Below, in pieces: positions 52,495 through 64,000 of a DNA stretch of 64,000 nucleotides. The stretch is from assembly GCA_028023455.1 (NCBI GenBank), contig JAQFVV010000003.1:1922001-1986000 (forward strand), written 5' to 3'. The stretch comes from Epiperipatus broadwayi (Eukaryota; Animalia; Onychophora). The notes beneath the pieces are model-generated. The model saw only the letters and a list, made by a program, of their open reading frames with translations, was not told the origin of the DNA and searched no databases. How positions within the stretch are numbered: the first letter of the stretch is position 1; every line of letters begins with the position of its first letter. A program made the translations under genes and the position numbers.

Positions 52495-54503
52495 CAGAGA
52501 TATTATTCCTGGCTTTATTTGCTTATTTTTTGATTATCCTTATTAAACCATCTTGTGACCAAAAGTGTTGTCACATTGCACTAAGAGACATAACCCAATA
52601 ATATTGCATCAATGGCTTTTTGGAGAGTGGATATTGATAATGGGTCTTCAACAATTTCACAAATGACTATGTACATGAAGAAATTAAAGCAGAGTGCAAT
52701 TCAAACTCAAATTTAAATATTTTAAAGAACAAATCACATTTCAGGAATCTTGTCTTAACCTGAAAATGTCATGACATTTGCAATAAATTAAAAAGTTATT
52801 CAAATTTATTTTGCAGCATGCATAATCTTCAGAATGCAAAAAAAAAAAAGAAAAGAAAAGATAATATGCTAAAAATTAACATCATATTAAGACCAAATGG
52901 TTTAACATTTAGATTAAAAAAAGTAATGCATATTAAAAAATCAAAGTTTTAAGAATTCAGGTGAATTATCATAAAACCTGATAAATATGTTTTTTGATAA
53001 GTAGGACTCTATATTATTATATGTAAGCAATAACAATGATTATTATAAATATTTAAATATGATAATAAAGTATTACAATAAAAGTTTGAAGAACATGCAG
53101 AAAATATTAATACTAAATATGCCAATAAGGAATGTGTTTTTAAAAATGATTTGTTGGATAATAAAAATTGGATTATTTACTAGACATATTCCAAATGATG
53201 TTGTCATCATTATTTTATATATTGAGTACATATGTTCATACAATATTTTTTGATAACTATTTAGGTCAAAAGTATAAGATATTAAATATATGTTTCTAAT
53301 TTAAAATGTTTGACTTGAAAAATTAATATTGTTATGAATGCTAGAAGTTTAATTTCTAGTCTTATGATGTTTGCTTAAGAGAACTTAAGTGTTAAAGATA
53401 TAACACATTTAATTTCTGGTCATATGTTATAGAAAATTTTTTGTTCTGGTTATGTAATAAAATAAGATATTTGTTACAGTGTTCATGAAATGATAAATGA
53501 CTATTGGTCAATTGGAAACAAGGATAATGTATCTATATTATTTGATCATAAATAATCAAAAGTTTTTAACGATAATATTTCTTAGTCGGATTGTTAACTC
53601 TTTACAATGTGAATTTGTTGATGAAAAGTAAAACTCAGGGAACTACTCTGTAAAAAAATTGATTGATTTCATAAAATAGCATAAATAATAAATTTAATAA
53701 GAAAAATTTAATAAAGAAGATTAAAATATCTCTAATGCATTTTCTTTTTTAAAGAGAAGTAGTATGAGACATTCAGGTCTCAGACTATATTAAAAATTCA
53801 TGTGTCCATATATATGTATATAAAACACCCATTAATTTAAATAAACTTATTAATAAACAAACATTTAATACTACTTATTTTATCCATGGCTTAATTAAAA
53901 CTTCAAGGAATAACTGGATTTTAAGACTAGTAATTGGAGATATAGTTAAAACACTTATCATTACTATTATTTTTTTTTGATTGTGACACCAGTAAGAACA
54001 AATGTGCCAATATAGCTTATTTGTATCATGCAAATATGCATGGGACACTTGTCAAATGTACAGGAAATAATTGCTGAAAATAAATTAGCAATTCTTTTTC
54101 ACCATTTACGAAATCAAACCTAAAAATATACATGAAAATATAGCATCTATAACACTAGTTTTGACTAAAATCTTCTCTTAAAAAAAAATCAGAAAATGAA
54201 GCATGGAAAAATAAAGTTTTGGACTAAATTTTTAAAACAAGCATCTGGATTGAAACCTGGAAACAAAAGTGTAAAACAAAATGAAAGTAACTTGCAGAAC
54301 TATTTTTTGACAGTTTTAAATTATCTGATTAAATATGATAATTCTGATTATTGATGTAGCTACATCCTGGATGAAAATATTTTTATGTACTCCCATTATC
54401 TTTAAAGTGAGATAAATATACTATGTTTGCCATGGGTGAAAAGCAAATAATGGTAAATAGTGTTTATGTACAATATGCGAGTATTTTTCTGTTAAATTGA
54501 TAT

Positions 54504-57287
54504 TTTACCGGTCAAAATAGTATGCTCACTTAACCAAATTCAAACCCTAAGCAAAAGTACCTCGAATCCGATCATGCTCGAGATACACGGGTCTGGAGCA
54601 ATCCTGAATTCTAACCTATTTGCCCATTCTTCGAATCTCTGACCCAACAAACAACCATTCTGATGACACAGTAAAATTATTTTAAATCCGTGCCCAGAAG
54701 CAAAGCGGTAGAGCATAAGATCAGACTGATAATGATGATCGAGGTCGGAGTAGCCCCAGTCATTACAGTTATTATAGTTATTTATTAATGCTAAGTTATT
54801 AGTCAAAGAAAATAATTCTAAATACTCATTAGAAAATAATTCAAAACAAACCAGGATTCACATGAAATTATATATTTAATAAACTATTGAAAACACATAT
54901 ATATGTTACAAAATGTTTCACGCTTGTGATGACATTGTCTATTTACAAAACTTGGGATTTGTTTTTATAAATCGCATTTACAATAATTATTTAAGCAATT
55001 ATTTAACGGATATCATTTTATGAATTGTGTTATAGCTTGTGCAGAGTTAATATACCAATTTAATAATATTTTACTAAATGGATGTTGTGGATGCTGAAAA
55101 ATGAATATAAAAGGTCGTGACATGTTTAGTAATAAATGATTTATTTGATAAACAGGCAAAATATCCAATTATAACCATTTATCTATCTTATGAAAACCAT
55201 TTTGTGTACTTTTATTGGCATTGTTTGGAAGAAACGTCTTTTATAAATAAGAAACAAACCATGCACTACATTAATGAGAATAAGTGATATAATAATTAAT
55301 AAAAATTTGTTTACATCTATGGGAATCAATTAAGATTGTCAAGGAAAGCAGTCTCAAAATAAACACAATAATTAATTGACGTGTTGCGCATTTCAAGAAT
55401 GAATCATTATTTGTCCACCACCTAATAAAAGGTCAAGCAGGCATAAATCTATTAATTAAAACACTAATAATGCTGGCATACTATTAGAGGAATATGAAGC
55501 TTATGGTACTTTGGATTCTTCATCATTTTAAGACATTTTATACTGAAAAGAGGGTGATACATTCGCCCTTTTTGATGATACGGTATCGATGGAGAGGTTT
55601 GGTTTGAGGCCCAGACAGCTATATGGAACTTCTGCAGCACAATCAAAACCCTATAAACCTCATGTTCCACAGGAAGGAGCATCCCTGATTATGAATGATT
55701 TTGAGAACTAACCCAATATAGAAATCGAAGTGTGGAAGTACTATAAAAGAAAGGAAAGGTCGGCCAGCAGCATTATACATGCACAGGAAACTTAATATAC
55801 TTTCTTTATTCGAAAGCCTGTAAATGGTTTGACTTCTGAGCAATAATATACTTAAATAAAGAATCATTCTGAAAATAACTCTTTAACTACAATGTCAAAT
55901 TAACAAAATTTTTATATTTAATTTCGATTCCCATATACGTATTAACTGATGGAATTAGCCTTACAGGTGACAATAAGAAAAGGTGAAATAATTACATTAA
56001 TGTTCACAATCTTTTAATTCAATTAACAAAGTAAAATAGGCACCCACAATAAAATATTTTAGGAAAAAAAAACATGAATAACAGAAGTAAATATAAAACC
56101 AACCTAGCGAGCGATTTCAATTTTAAATAAACGAAACTTTATCGATAGATTTTAAATGAAGCTCCCGCTTCTTTCCAAATTAAACAATTACCCCCCTCCC
56201 CTTTTTAAAACTTGCTAGTTTGGTTGTTGGCATATTAAAGAAAATCAATTATAGATATATATATTAAACAAAACAAATTAAATAGTAATGGAACCGCACA
56301 AAGTTATATACACAAATTAAGCATGAAAGGTAAGTTGAAATTGCTACAGAGAGAGAGAATTTAAGAGAATTAATAAAAACTCATGAATGAATATATGAAT
56401 GAAAATATGAAGGTTGAATTACATATCACAAAAGGATTATTTATTAAGACAGCTCTACACCAGGTGAGGTCACCTACAAACAGCAGGCAATCAGCTTGGC
56501 AATTATACAGCCATCCTGCATGGGCCAGTCAAACAGATGGAAACTTGATGGCCTTAGAATAGACATTTTTCTGAGAAAAAGAGAGAAAGGTACTTCTTTT
56601 CTACTCACTGTTCATAGTACCGAACCTCAGTTGACTTTTTAAAATTTTTTAAGGTCCTAAAATGCTTTGAAACTAAACTGACCAAAAAAAACAACCAAAC
56701 TCAACTGACTCTTATTTCATGGTCTAAAAAGTTACATTTTTCTCCTGCCAAGAACACAATCTCAGTTGCCCACAGCTATTTCTGTAATCTCTTAAAAAAA
56801 CATTTAATTAGTAAAATATTTTTAAAACAGATAAAGCTCGAAATATCATTTGATAGATTTTTAAAGATTTGAAAACAAACTAACAAAAGAATTTTAAGAT
56901 TTATAATTTTAATTAACGAAAATCTGATTATCGATAAGGATAATTTCAGTATTTTGAGCCTTCCCCATTTTACGTTGTTTTTACATTCCAACGCTTGAAA
57001 TACACACATATATAAAAAGATTTACAATTGTATAAAGACAACATTTAATTTTTCAGCAATAAATATTAATAAAATGATTGCTCCGTTCATATATATATAT
57101 GCATCATGCACACTACTGTTTTACTTTACTAAACATAATTAATTTTTACTAATTTCTCTAATCATTATGCATAGTGTGTGGGTGAATGGCATATATTTAC
57201 AATGAGGTCTGAATTGCATGCCCCACAGGAGGTTAGTGTACATGGTGAAGCATGAAGCTTGATGATGATTAGACATCGACTGCTTCA
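54504..57287 (-). repeat. 3' LTR, ~2.78 kb
   Basis: Aligns with 61932-64000 up to ~56578. Right end inferred from TGAAGC.. directly after the PPT. Left end reads tttaccgg versus tgtaccgg in the other LTR. Confidence 0.75.
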
Positions 57288-57296
57288 CTCTTCCCC
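57288..57296 (-). other. Polypurine tract
   Basis: GGGGAAGAG immediately before TG on the minus strand, ~210 bp after the integrase ORF. Confidence 0.65.
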
Positions 57297-57508
57297 ACTT
57301 AAAGTAATAAAAAAAAATCAATAAAAAAATTACCTTGGTTGGAGTCTAATATAATGTTGGTGAGAAAAACAACCTTAATAAATGAGCATGAAAACTTTGC
57401 TCCTTGTTATCTTTCATTCCTTTTTATATTTTTATTGCAACTTATTGTTGTTTTTTTATTTTTATTAACGGAAATATTTGGTATGAGGATCGGGTGGTGT
57501 GTAGGGTT

Positions 57509-60500
57509 TCAATTGTCGTGCATTATAGATGCCATTAAAACCATTTTCTCCTTCCAATAGAAAAGCATTTTCATGACATCTCCAAATAAGGTATGGTCCA
57601 CTATACAAAAGAAAAAAAAATTAAATTCCTTTTTTATTACACTGCTAGTCTTGAGGGATCTCAACCATACTTGATCCCCTTCCTGAAATTGGTGACATTG
57701 CATTTGTCCCCTCTTTATGCGATTTTTGGCTGCCTGGGCCAACCGTCTACTAGAAGCTTCTTGGTCATGAATAGGGTCAATAACTATTTCACCTAGGGGA
57801 ACCAGGTTCAGAAATAAGTTGCGACATGGCTTCCCATAATGAAGGCGTTCGGGCGTAAATCCGGTAGACTCATTTATCATCTCGTTTATACAGTAAACTA
57901 TTTCTGGGGTTTTATTTACCCAATTCCAGTGGTTGGTTGATATGTAGATGTGAAAGAAACAATTGATTTCTCTCATGATTCTTTTGCACGGGTTAGATTG
58001 GGGATTCCTAATCGATGTCAACCGATGAGTGAGTTGTTGCTTCAAGAGCCAGTTTTTCCATTCCTTAGAGGTGAAGGCTGAACCATAATCTGATAGAATA
58101 GAATTAGGTTTTTCCACCTCATTGAATTGTTTATCTTGGAGGGTCCAAATTGTATTCCATGAGCCTGCAGCCCGGACAGGATATGCTCGTACATATTTGG
58201 AAAAAACATCATAGGTCACGAGTAAATATTGGAAATTTTTAAATTTGGGCAATGGGCCATAGTGATCGATTGCAATTAACTCATTGGGCCTTGATGCAGG
58301 TACGGGTTTCATAGTTCCAGTGTAAGACTTGTTTGGAAACTTAGTCCGGGCACATGTTGCACATTTCCGTAACACTGTGAGGATCTGGGTCTATATGAGG
58401 ATCTGGGTCTACATACCTGGCCAGTAAAATTGGCATCTCAAGGCTTGCTCAGTTTTCCGTGGCCCATAATATCCCAAGGTTTTGTGGACATATTCGATCA
58501 GTTGCATCCTAATCTTATTTGGCATCATGATTTTCCATGGGTTCTCCATGTCTTTTGTTTTACATTGCAGAATCCCAACTTTTAAGTGGAATTGGGAGTA
58601 TCGCTGCGCATTTCTTTTGTTTGTACACATTAGGTGATTGGTTCCCAGGTTGAAAATAATGTCAGCACATTGGTCATCTTGCCAATATCATAGATTTGTC
58701 AAATCGGTTTCCAGAGGGGTCTTTGCCTGGTCATTCAGCTGGGAATTTTGGATACTGGCAGGTAAAGGATGGCAGCTTAGGATATCTGCCACAATGTTCT
58801 CACATCCTGGGCAGTAAGCCACTTTGTATTGGAATTGTTGGAGGGCCAGGCTCCACTGGATTAATCGATCATTTATAAGGACACTCTTATTCAAGAATTC
58901 CAAACCTTTGTGATCAGTTACTATGACCACGTCAGACCCAGGAGAAATTGCCGAAATTTCTGGCAGGCCCAAATGATCGCTAGGGTTGCTTGTTCTGTGG
59001 TGGTATAATGTACTTCAGCTCCCTTTAAGGAGCAGCTACAAAAATAGAGCACCTGATGCTTTCCTTCTTCATTAATTTGTAATAACACAGCCCCCAACCC
59101 CTGCTTGCTACTATCAGTCTGGACATAAAAGGTCCTTGCAAAATCAGGGTGAATCAACATTACAGCTTGAATGAATTTTTTTTCATGTTCTCAAAATCCT
59201 TGTCATGTGCTTTGGTCCATTCCCATTTATGATCTTTCTTTAGTAACTCTATCAGCTTTCCTGTCTCACATGCAAAATTTGGGTAAAACCAGTGATAGAA
59301 GTTACAAAGCCCCAGGAAAGATAGGACTTGTTTCTGAGTTTTTGGTTTGGGGAAGTGCTTGATGGCTTCTACTTTCTCAGGGTGGACTTTGACCCCATAC
59401 TCAGTAACAACATGCCCAAGGAATGTAATTTCTTTTACTGCAAAACGACTCTTTTCCAAGTTAATTGTTATGTTTTCTTGGGCACATTCACAGAAAAATC
59501 GTTCAAGGCATTACAAATGTTCAGTGATGTTTTTCAAGGCAATTACTATATCGTCCACATAGCAGATCATATTTTTCTGTACCACTTTGGATAGGACTTG
59601 TTTTAAACATCGCAACAGTCCTTCCCCACTATTAATGAGCCCAAAGGGGACTCGAAAACAACACATGGATATGTCCTCCATACCAAAATGTGGTATGCTT
59701 TCAGTCACGAGGGTCTAGGGCCATCTGCCAATAACTGGCGGTAAGATCTAAGGTAGAAAAGATCGTCTTCCCTGCCAACTGGACAAATACTTCCTGGATT
59801 GGTGGCAGGATGTCTCTCTCAGGGATGGTCATGCTATTTAATTTGCGTGCATCCAAACATAGCCACAAATCTCCATTTTTTTTCACCACAACCAGCAGAT
59901 TGTTATAGGGAGATGGGCTCCGCTCAATAATATCCCACTCGATCATCTGTTCAATCTGCTTTTCCACCTCATCCCGGTATTGGAATGGGATGGGGTATGT
60001 TTTGGATTGGGTGTATGCTTCCTCCTTCACTCGAATTCTATGAGTATACCCCTTTATTTTTCCAGAAGTATGGGTGAACACCTGCGCGTAATTTTCTAAT
60101 ATGCTTTCGATACTTCTTTTATCTTTGGACTCTGTAATAGCTGAGTCATGGACCCTTTTTTTAATCAATGCTGAATCAACAGACTGGATCAAGCAGCTTT
60201 GCTTCTCAGGTATGACTTGGTGGGTCACTTTGAAAGGTGTTGGTTCATTGTTGAACATGCATTTTCTTCCGGAATAATCGATAATTCCATGATTTTGGGT
60301 TAGAAAGTCAGAACCCAACACCACATCATAGATCAGTTCAGATACAATCAAGAAAGTATGGCCCATCAATTTCTCATTAATCTTCACCTCTAGCCAGATT
60401 TGACTGTTCTCGCTCATGATTCTTTTCCCATTAGCCAAGGTCAATTGGATGGGACGCATTGGCAACTGCATGATCTCCCATTCTCTCTATATACTTTTAA

Positions 60501-60600
60501 TCCATGCCTTTGATACGATCGATACTTGGCTTCCTGAATCCACTAGTGCTAATACTTTGGTGGATTCTATCATCACTTCAACACTAGGACACAAGCTTGT
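57509..60600 (-). pseudogene. pol: Gypsy pol (protease, RT, RNase H, integrase), frameshifted
   Basis: ALVDSGSQVS; LCLDARKLN, STLDLTASYWQ, VPFGL, YVDDIV; VQTDSSKQGLGAVL, VTDHKGL; VHKTLG..FYWPGM/CATC; IAIDHYGP, LSDYGSAF, QSNPCKR (third catalytic E apparently changed to K). Confidence 0.95.
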
Positions 60601-61450
60601 GGTCATAACAGTCTCCATGCTTTCTTTTCCCCATATTATGTTAGTCATCTGGCTACCATCCAGTTTAAACTGATTCCGTTGTCTCTTTAAATATTCTGGG
60701 CATTCCTGTATGTTCCCCTTCCCTTGTTTCGGGTCCAATGTTGGGGTTTCATCTTTTTCTGGATTCCTGAATCCATAGTCTATTGAAACCAAAAACTCAG
60801 CCATTTCATTTATCTTGCTGATCCGGCTTATGATCATCATTTCCTGCATCTTCATCAGCATGTTCTGTCATGTGGTATGGATAATATGTGATTCTGACCA
60901 TGTGATATCTGGTAAAATCTGAGGCTTGCGGCTTGCTTTAAAAAGAATTGTGCATACGTTTCTTGATGATTAGTTGGGAATTTTTCATTGGTTATAGTGC
61001 ACAAAATATATTCCTGTTTTTCTTCATTCCAAAACATCTTGCATAGTGCCCGGCAGTATTCTTCGAGATCTGTTGGTTTATGTGTCAATGATTGTCACCA
61101 GCCTCCAAATGCTGGCTAGCTATGGCCATTTGTTCTCTATTGCTCAGTGCATAGAGTGAAAACATCACTTCAGACTTTCCATATGTTCCTGTGGACTCTC
61201 CTGTGATTCACCATGGAAGATCTGGATCTGCATAAATTATGCAGTGATGGGTAGTTCCTGACGCCTCATTTTATTTACTAGAATTCCCTTCTACAATTTT
61301 TTTTTTAAAATTCTATAAGCATGAAATTTTGGTTGCTCTAATTTCTGACTTCTTTTTAATATTATTTCTTCATTAATTATACACCTCTCTTCAACTGTCT
61401 TCATTTTGCCATTTTTTGTTGCTCCTGACTGCTGCTGATAACAGGAAAAA
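60600..61450 (-). pseudogene. gag: Gypsy gag, disrupted
   Basis: FHGESQESPQEHMESLK and DLEEYCRALCKMFWNEEKQ..YAQFFLKQAASL resemble a retrotransposon gag capsid region. Upstream boundary approximate. Confidence 0.75.
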
Positions 61451-61931
61451 ATACTTGATCATAACTTCAAGGTTTATAACTTATGGCTGAAGTACATGGG
61501 TTTTATTTGTAAAACATTTTCATTTTCATGTATATAAAAACACATTTTATATGGTTATAAAACCAGATACAGAAAAAAAAATCACTTATGGTTGTAACAC
61601 ATGGGTATCAAAATTTTTTTTCATTTTTAAAAACAAGATTTTTTTTTTTTACATTTGTAGCTATTAACATAAAAAACAATATTTTTCTATAGTTCCAAAA
61701 CCAGATACAAAAAAAAGTCACTTATATTTATGGTTGCAATGCATTTTCACATTTTATGTATATAAAATCAGAAAACAAACTCGGGTAGGAAGAAAATATA
61801 CATATCTATCATCAATGATCTTTTACAACCTTTTTTTAAAACATACATATAAACAGAATTCAGTACTCAGGGTATGTGGGTGTTTCTATCGAAGCCACAC
61901 TTGGTCAGCCAAGCCTGGAAAAAAAATCCAC

Positions 61932-64000
61932 TGTACCGGTCAAAATAGTATGCTCGCTTAACAAAATTCAAATCCTAAGCAAAAGTACCTCGAATCCGAT
62001 CGTGCTCAAGATACACAGGTCTGGAGCAATTCTGAATTCTAACCTATTTGCCCATTCTTCGAATCTCTGACCCAACAAACAACCATTCTGATGACACAGT
62101 AAAATTATTTTAAATCCGTGCCCGGAAGCAAAGCAGTAGAGCATAAGATCAGACTGATGATGATGATCGAGGTCAGAGTATCCCCAGTCATTACAGTTAT
62201 TATAGTTAGTTATTAATGTTAAGTTATTAGTCAAAGAAAATAATTCTAAATACTCATTAGAAAATAATTCAAAACAAACCAGGATTCACATGAAATTATA
62301 TACTTAATAAACTATTGAAAACGCATATATATGTTACAAAATGTTTCACACTTGTGATGACATTGTCTATTTACAAAACTTGGGATTTGTTTTTATAAAT
62401 CGCATTTACAATAATTATTTAAGCAATTACTTAACGAATATCATTTGATGGATTGTGTTATAGCTTGTGCAGAGTTAATATACCAATTTAATAATATTTT
62501 ACTAAATGGACATTGTGGATGCTGAAAAATGAATATGAAAGGTCGTGACGTGTTTAGTAATAAATGATTTATTTGATAAACAGGCAAAATATCCAATTAT
62601 AATCATTTATCTATCTTATGAAAACCATTTTGTGTACTTTTATTATTTGGAAGAAATGTCTATTATAAATAAGAAACAAACCATGCACTATATTAACGAG
62701 AATACGTGATATAATAATTAATAAAAATTTGTTTACGTCTATGGGAATCGATTAAGATTGTCAAGGAAAGCAGTCTCAAAATAAACACAATAATTAATTC
62801 ATGTGTAGCGCATTTCAAGAATGAATCATTATTTTTCCACCACCTAATAAAAGGTCAAGCAGGCATAAATCTATTAATTAAAACACTAATAATGCTGGCC
62901 TACTAATAGAGGAATACGAATCTTATGGTACTTTGGATTCTTCATCATTTTAAGACATTTCATACTGAAAAAGGGGTGATATGTTTGCCCTTTTTGATGA
63001 TATGGTATCGATGGAGAGGTTTGGTTTGAGACCCAGACAGCTATATGGAACTTCTACAGCACAATCAAAACCCTATAAACCTCACGTTCCACAGGAAGGA
63101 GCATCCCTTATTATGAACGATTTTGAGAACTAACCCACTATAGAAATCGAAGTGTGGAAGTACCATAAAAGAAAGGAAAGGTCGGCCAGCAGCATTATAC
63201 ATGCACAGGAAACTTAATATACTTTCTTTATTCAAAAGCCTGTAAATGGTTTGACTTCTGAGCAATAATATACTTAAATAAAGAATCATTCTGAAAATAA
63301 CTCTTTAACTACGATGTCAAATTAACAAAATTTTTATACTTAATTTCGATTCCCATATACGTATTAACTGATGGAATTAGCCTTATGGGCGACAATAAGA
63401 AAAGGTGAAATAATTATATTAATGTTTACGATCTTTTAATTCAATTAACAAAGTAAAATGGGCACCCACAATAAAATGTTTTAGGAAAAAAAATGTGAAT
63501 AACAGAAGTAAATATAAAACCAACCTAGCAAGCGATTTCAATTTTAAATAAATGAAACTTTATCAATAGATTTTAAATGAAGCTCCTGCTTCTTTCCAAA
63601 TTAAACAATTATCCCCTCCCCCCTTTTTAAAACTTGCTAGTTTGGTTGTTGGCATATTAAAGAAAATCAATTATAGATATATATATTAAACAAAACAAAT
63701 TAAATATTAATGGAATCGCACAAAGTTATATAACACAAATTAAGCGTGAAAGGTAAGTTGAAATTGCTACAGAGAGAGAGAATTTAAGAGAATTAATAAA
63801 AACTCATGAATGAATAAATGAATGAAAATATGAAGGTTGAATTACATATCACAAAAGGATTACTTATTAAGGCAGCTCTACACCAGGTGAGATCACCTAC
63901 GAACAGCAGGCAATCAACTTGGCAATTATACAGCCATCCTGCATGGGCCAGACAAATGGATGGAAACTTGATGGCCTTAGGATAGACAGTTTTCTGAGAA
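61932..64000 (-). repeat. 5' LTR, truncated by the window edge
   Basis: About 95% identical (by eye) to 54504-56578. Ends ...ccggtaCA at 61932, followed by gTGG. Confidence 0.9.

Larger units (their letters stand above)
54504..64000 (-). mobile_element. Ty3/Gypsy LTR retrotransposon, decayed, runs off the window
   Basis: Direct repeats 54504-57287 and 61932-64000+ flank gag and pol with domain order PR-RT-RH-IN. Polypurine tract present. Confidence 0.95.

Noticed and set aside
54540-54806. 88-aa LTR ORF (twin at 61968-62234) as a functional gene
   Set aside because: About 8 amino-acid changes between copies that differ by only ~5%, so there is no sign of purifying selection. Retention is expected from recent LTR identity.
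58378-58413. 18-bp tandem duplication in the integrase region
   Set aside because: Ordinary in-frame slippage in a dead element.

Overview
Very AT-rich, CpG-depleted eukaryotic DNA, probably an invertebrate animal (taxon cannot be fixed from sequence), dominated by transposable elements. No host gene can be called with confidence. Well-supported elements: (1) a decayed Ty3/Gypsy LTR retrotransposon on the minus strand (54504 to beyond 64000) with ~2.8-kb LTRs; (2) a 5'-truncated RTE-clade LINE (13848-~16216, minus); (3) old L1/Tx1-like LINE relics (~22650-26500 minus, ~27215-28450 plus); (4) two 3' ends of a LINE family with an (ACATC)n tail; (5) Penelope-like (PLE) GIY-YIG fragments; (6) a TA-flanked Tc1/mariner-type MITE; (7) many (TA)n tracts and a ~1-kb (TACA/TGCA)n tract. 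The main discovery is three unrelated repeat families that each carry a type I hammerhead-ribozyme (HHR) motif with a palindromic helix III, and each occurs as an inverted (fold-back) cassette. Family B (45823-47159) is an array of ~450-nt HHR-bearing monomers that flips orientation at a 4-nt microhomology and is flanked by a 14-15 bp target-site duplication. Family A forms a palindrome at 7826-8283 and also brackets the RTE with two same-strand HHRs. A PLE 3' end (47608-48416) carries a U3-A8 core variant. An Illumina adapter sequence at 7934-7947 marks an assembly artefact. A CpG-retaining segment at ~32.3-33.45 kb, with candidate small exons running away from it in both directions, may be a bidirectional promoter (unverified). 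All counts and alignments were done by eye.
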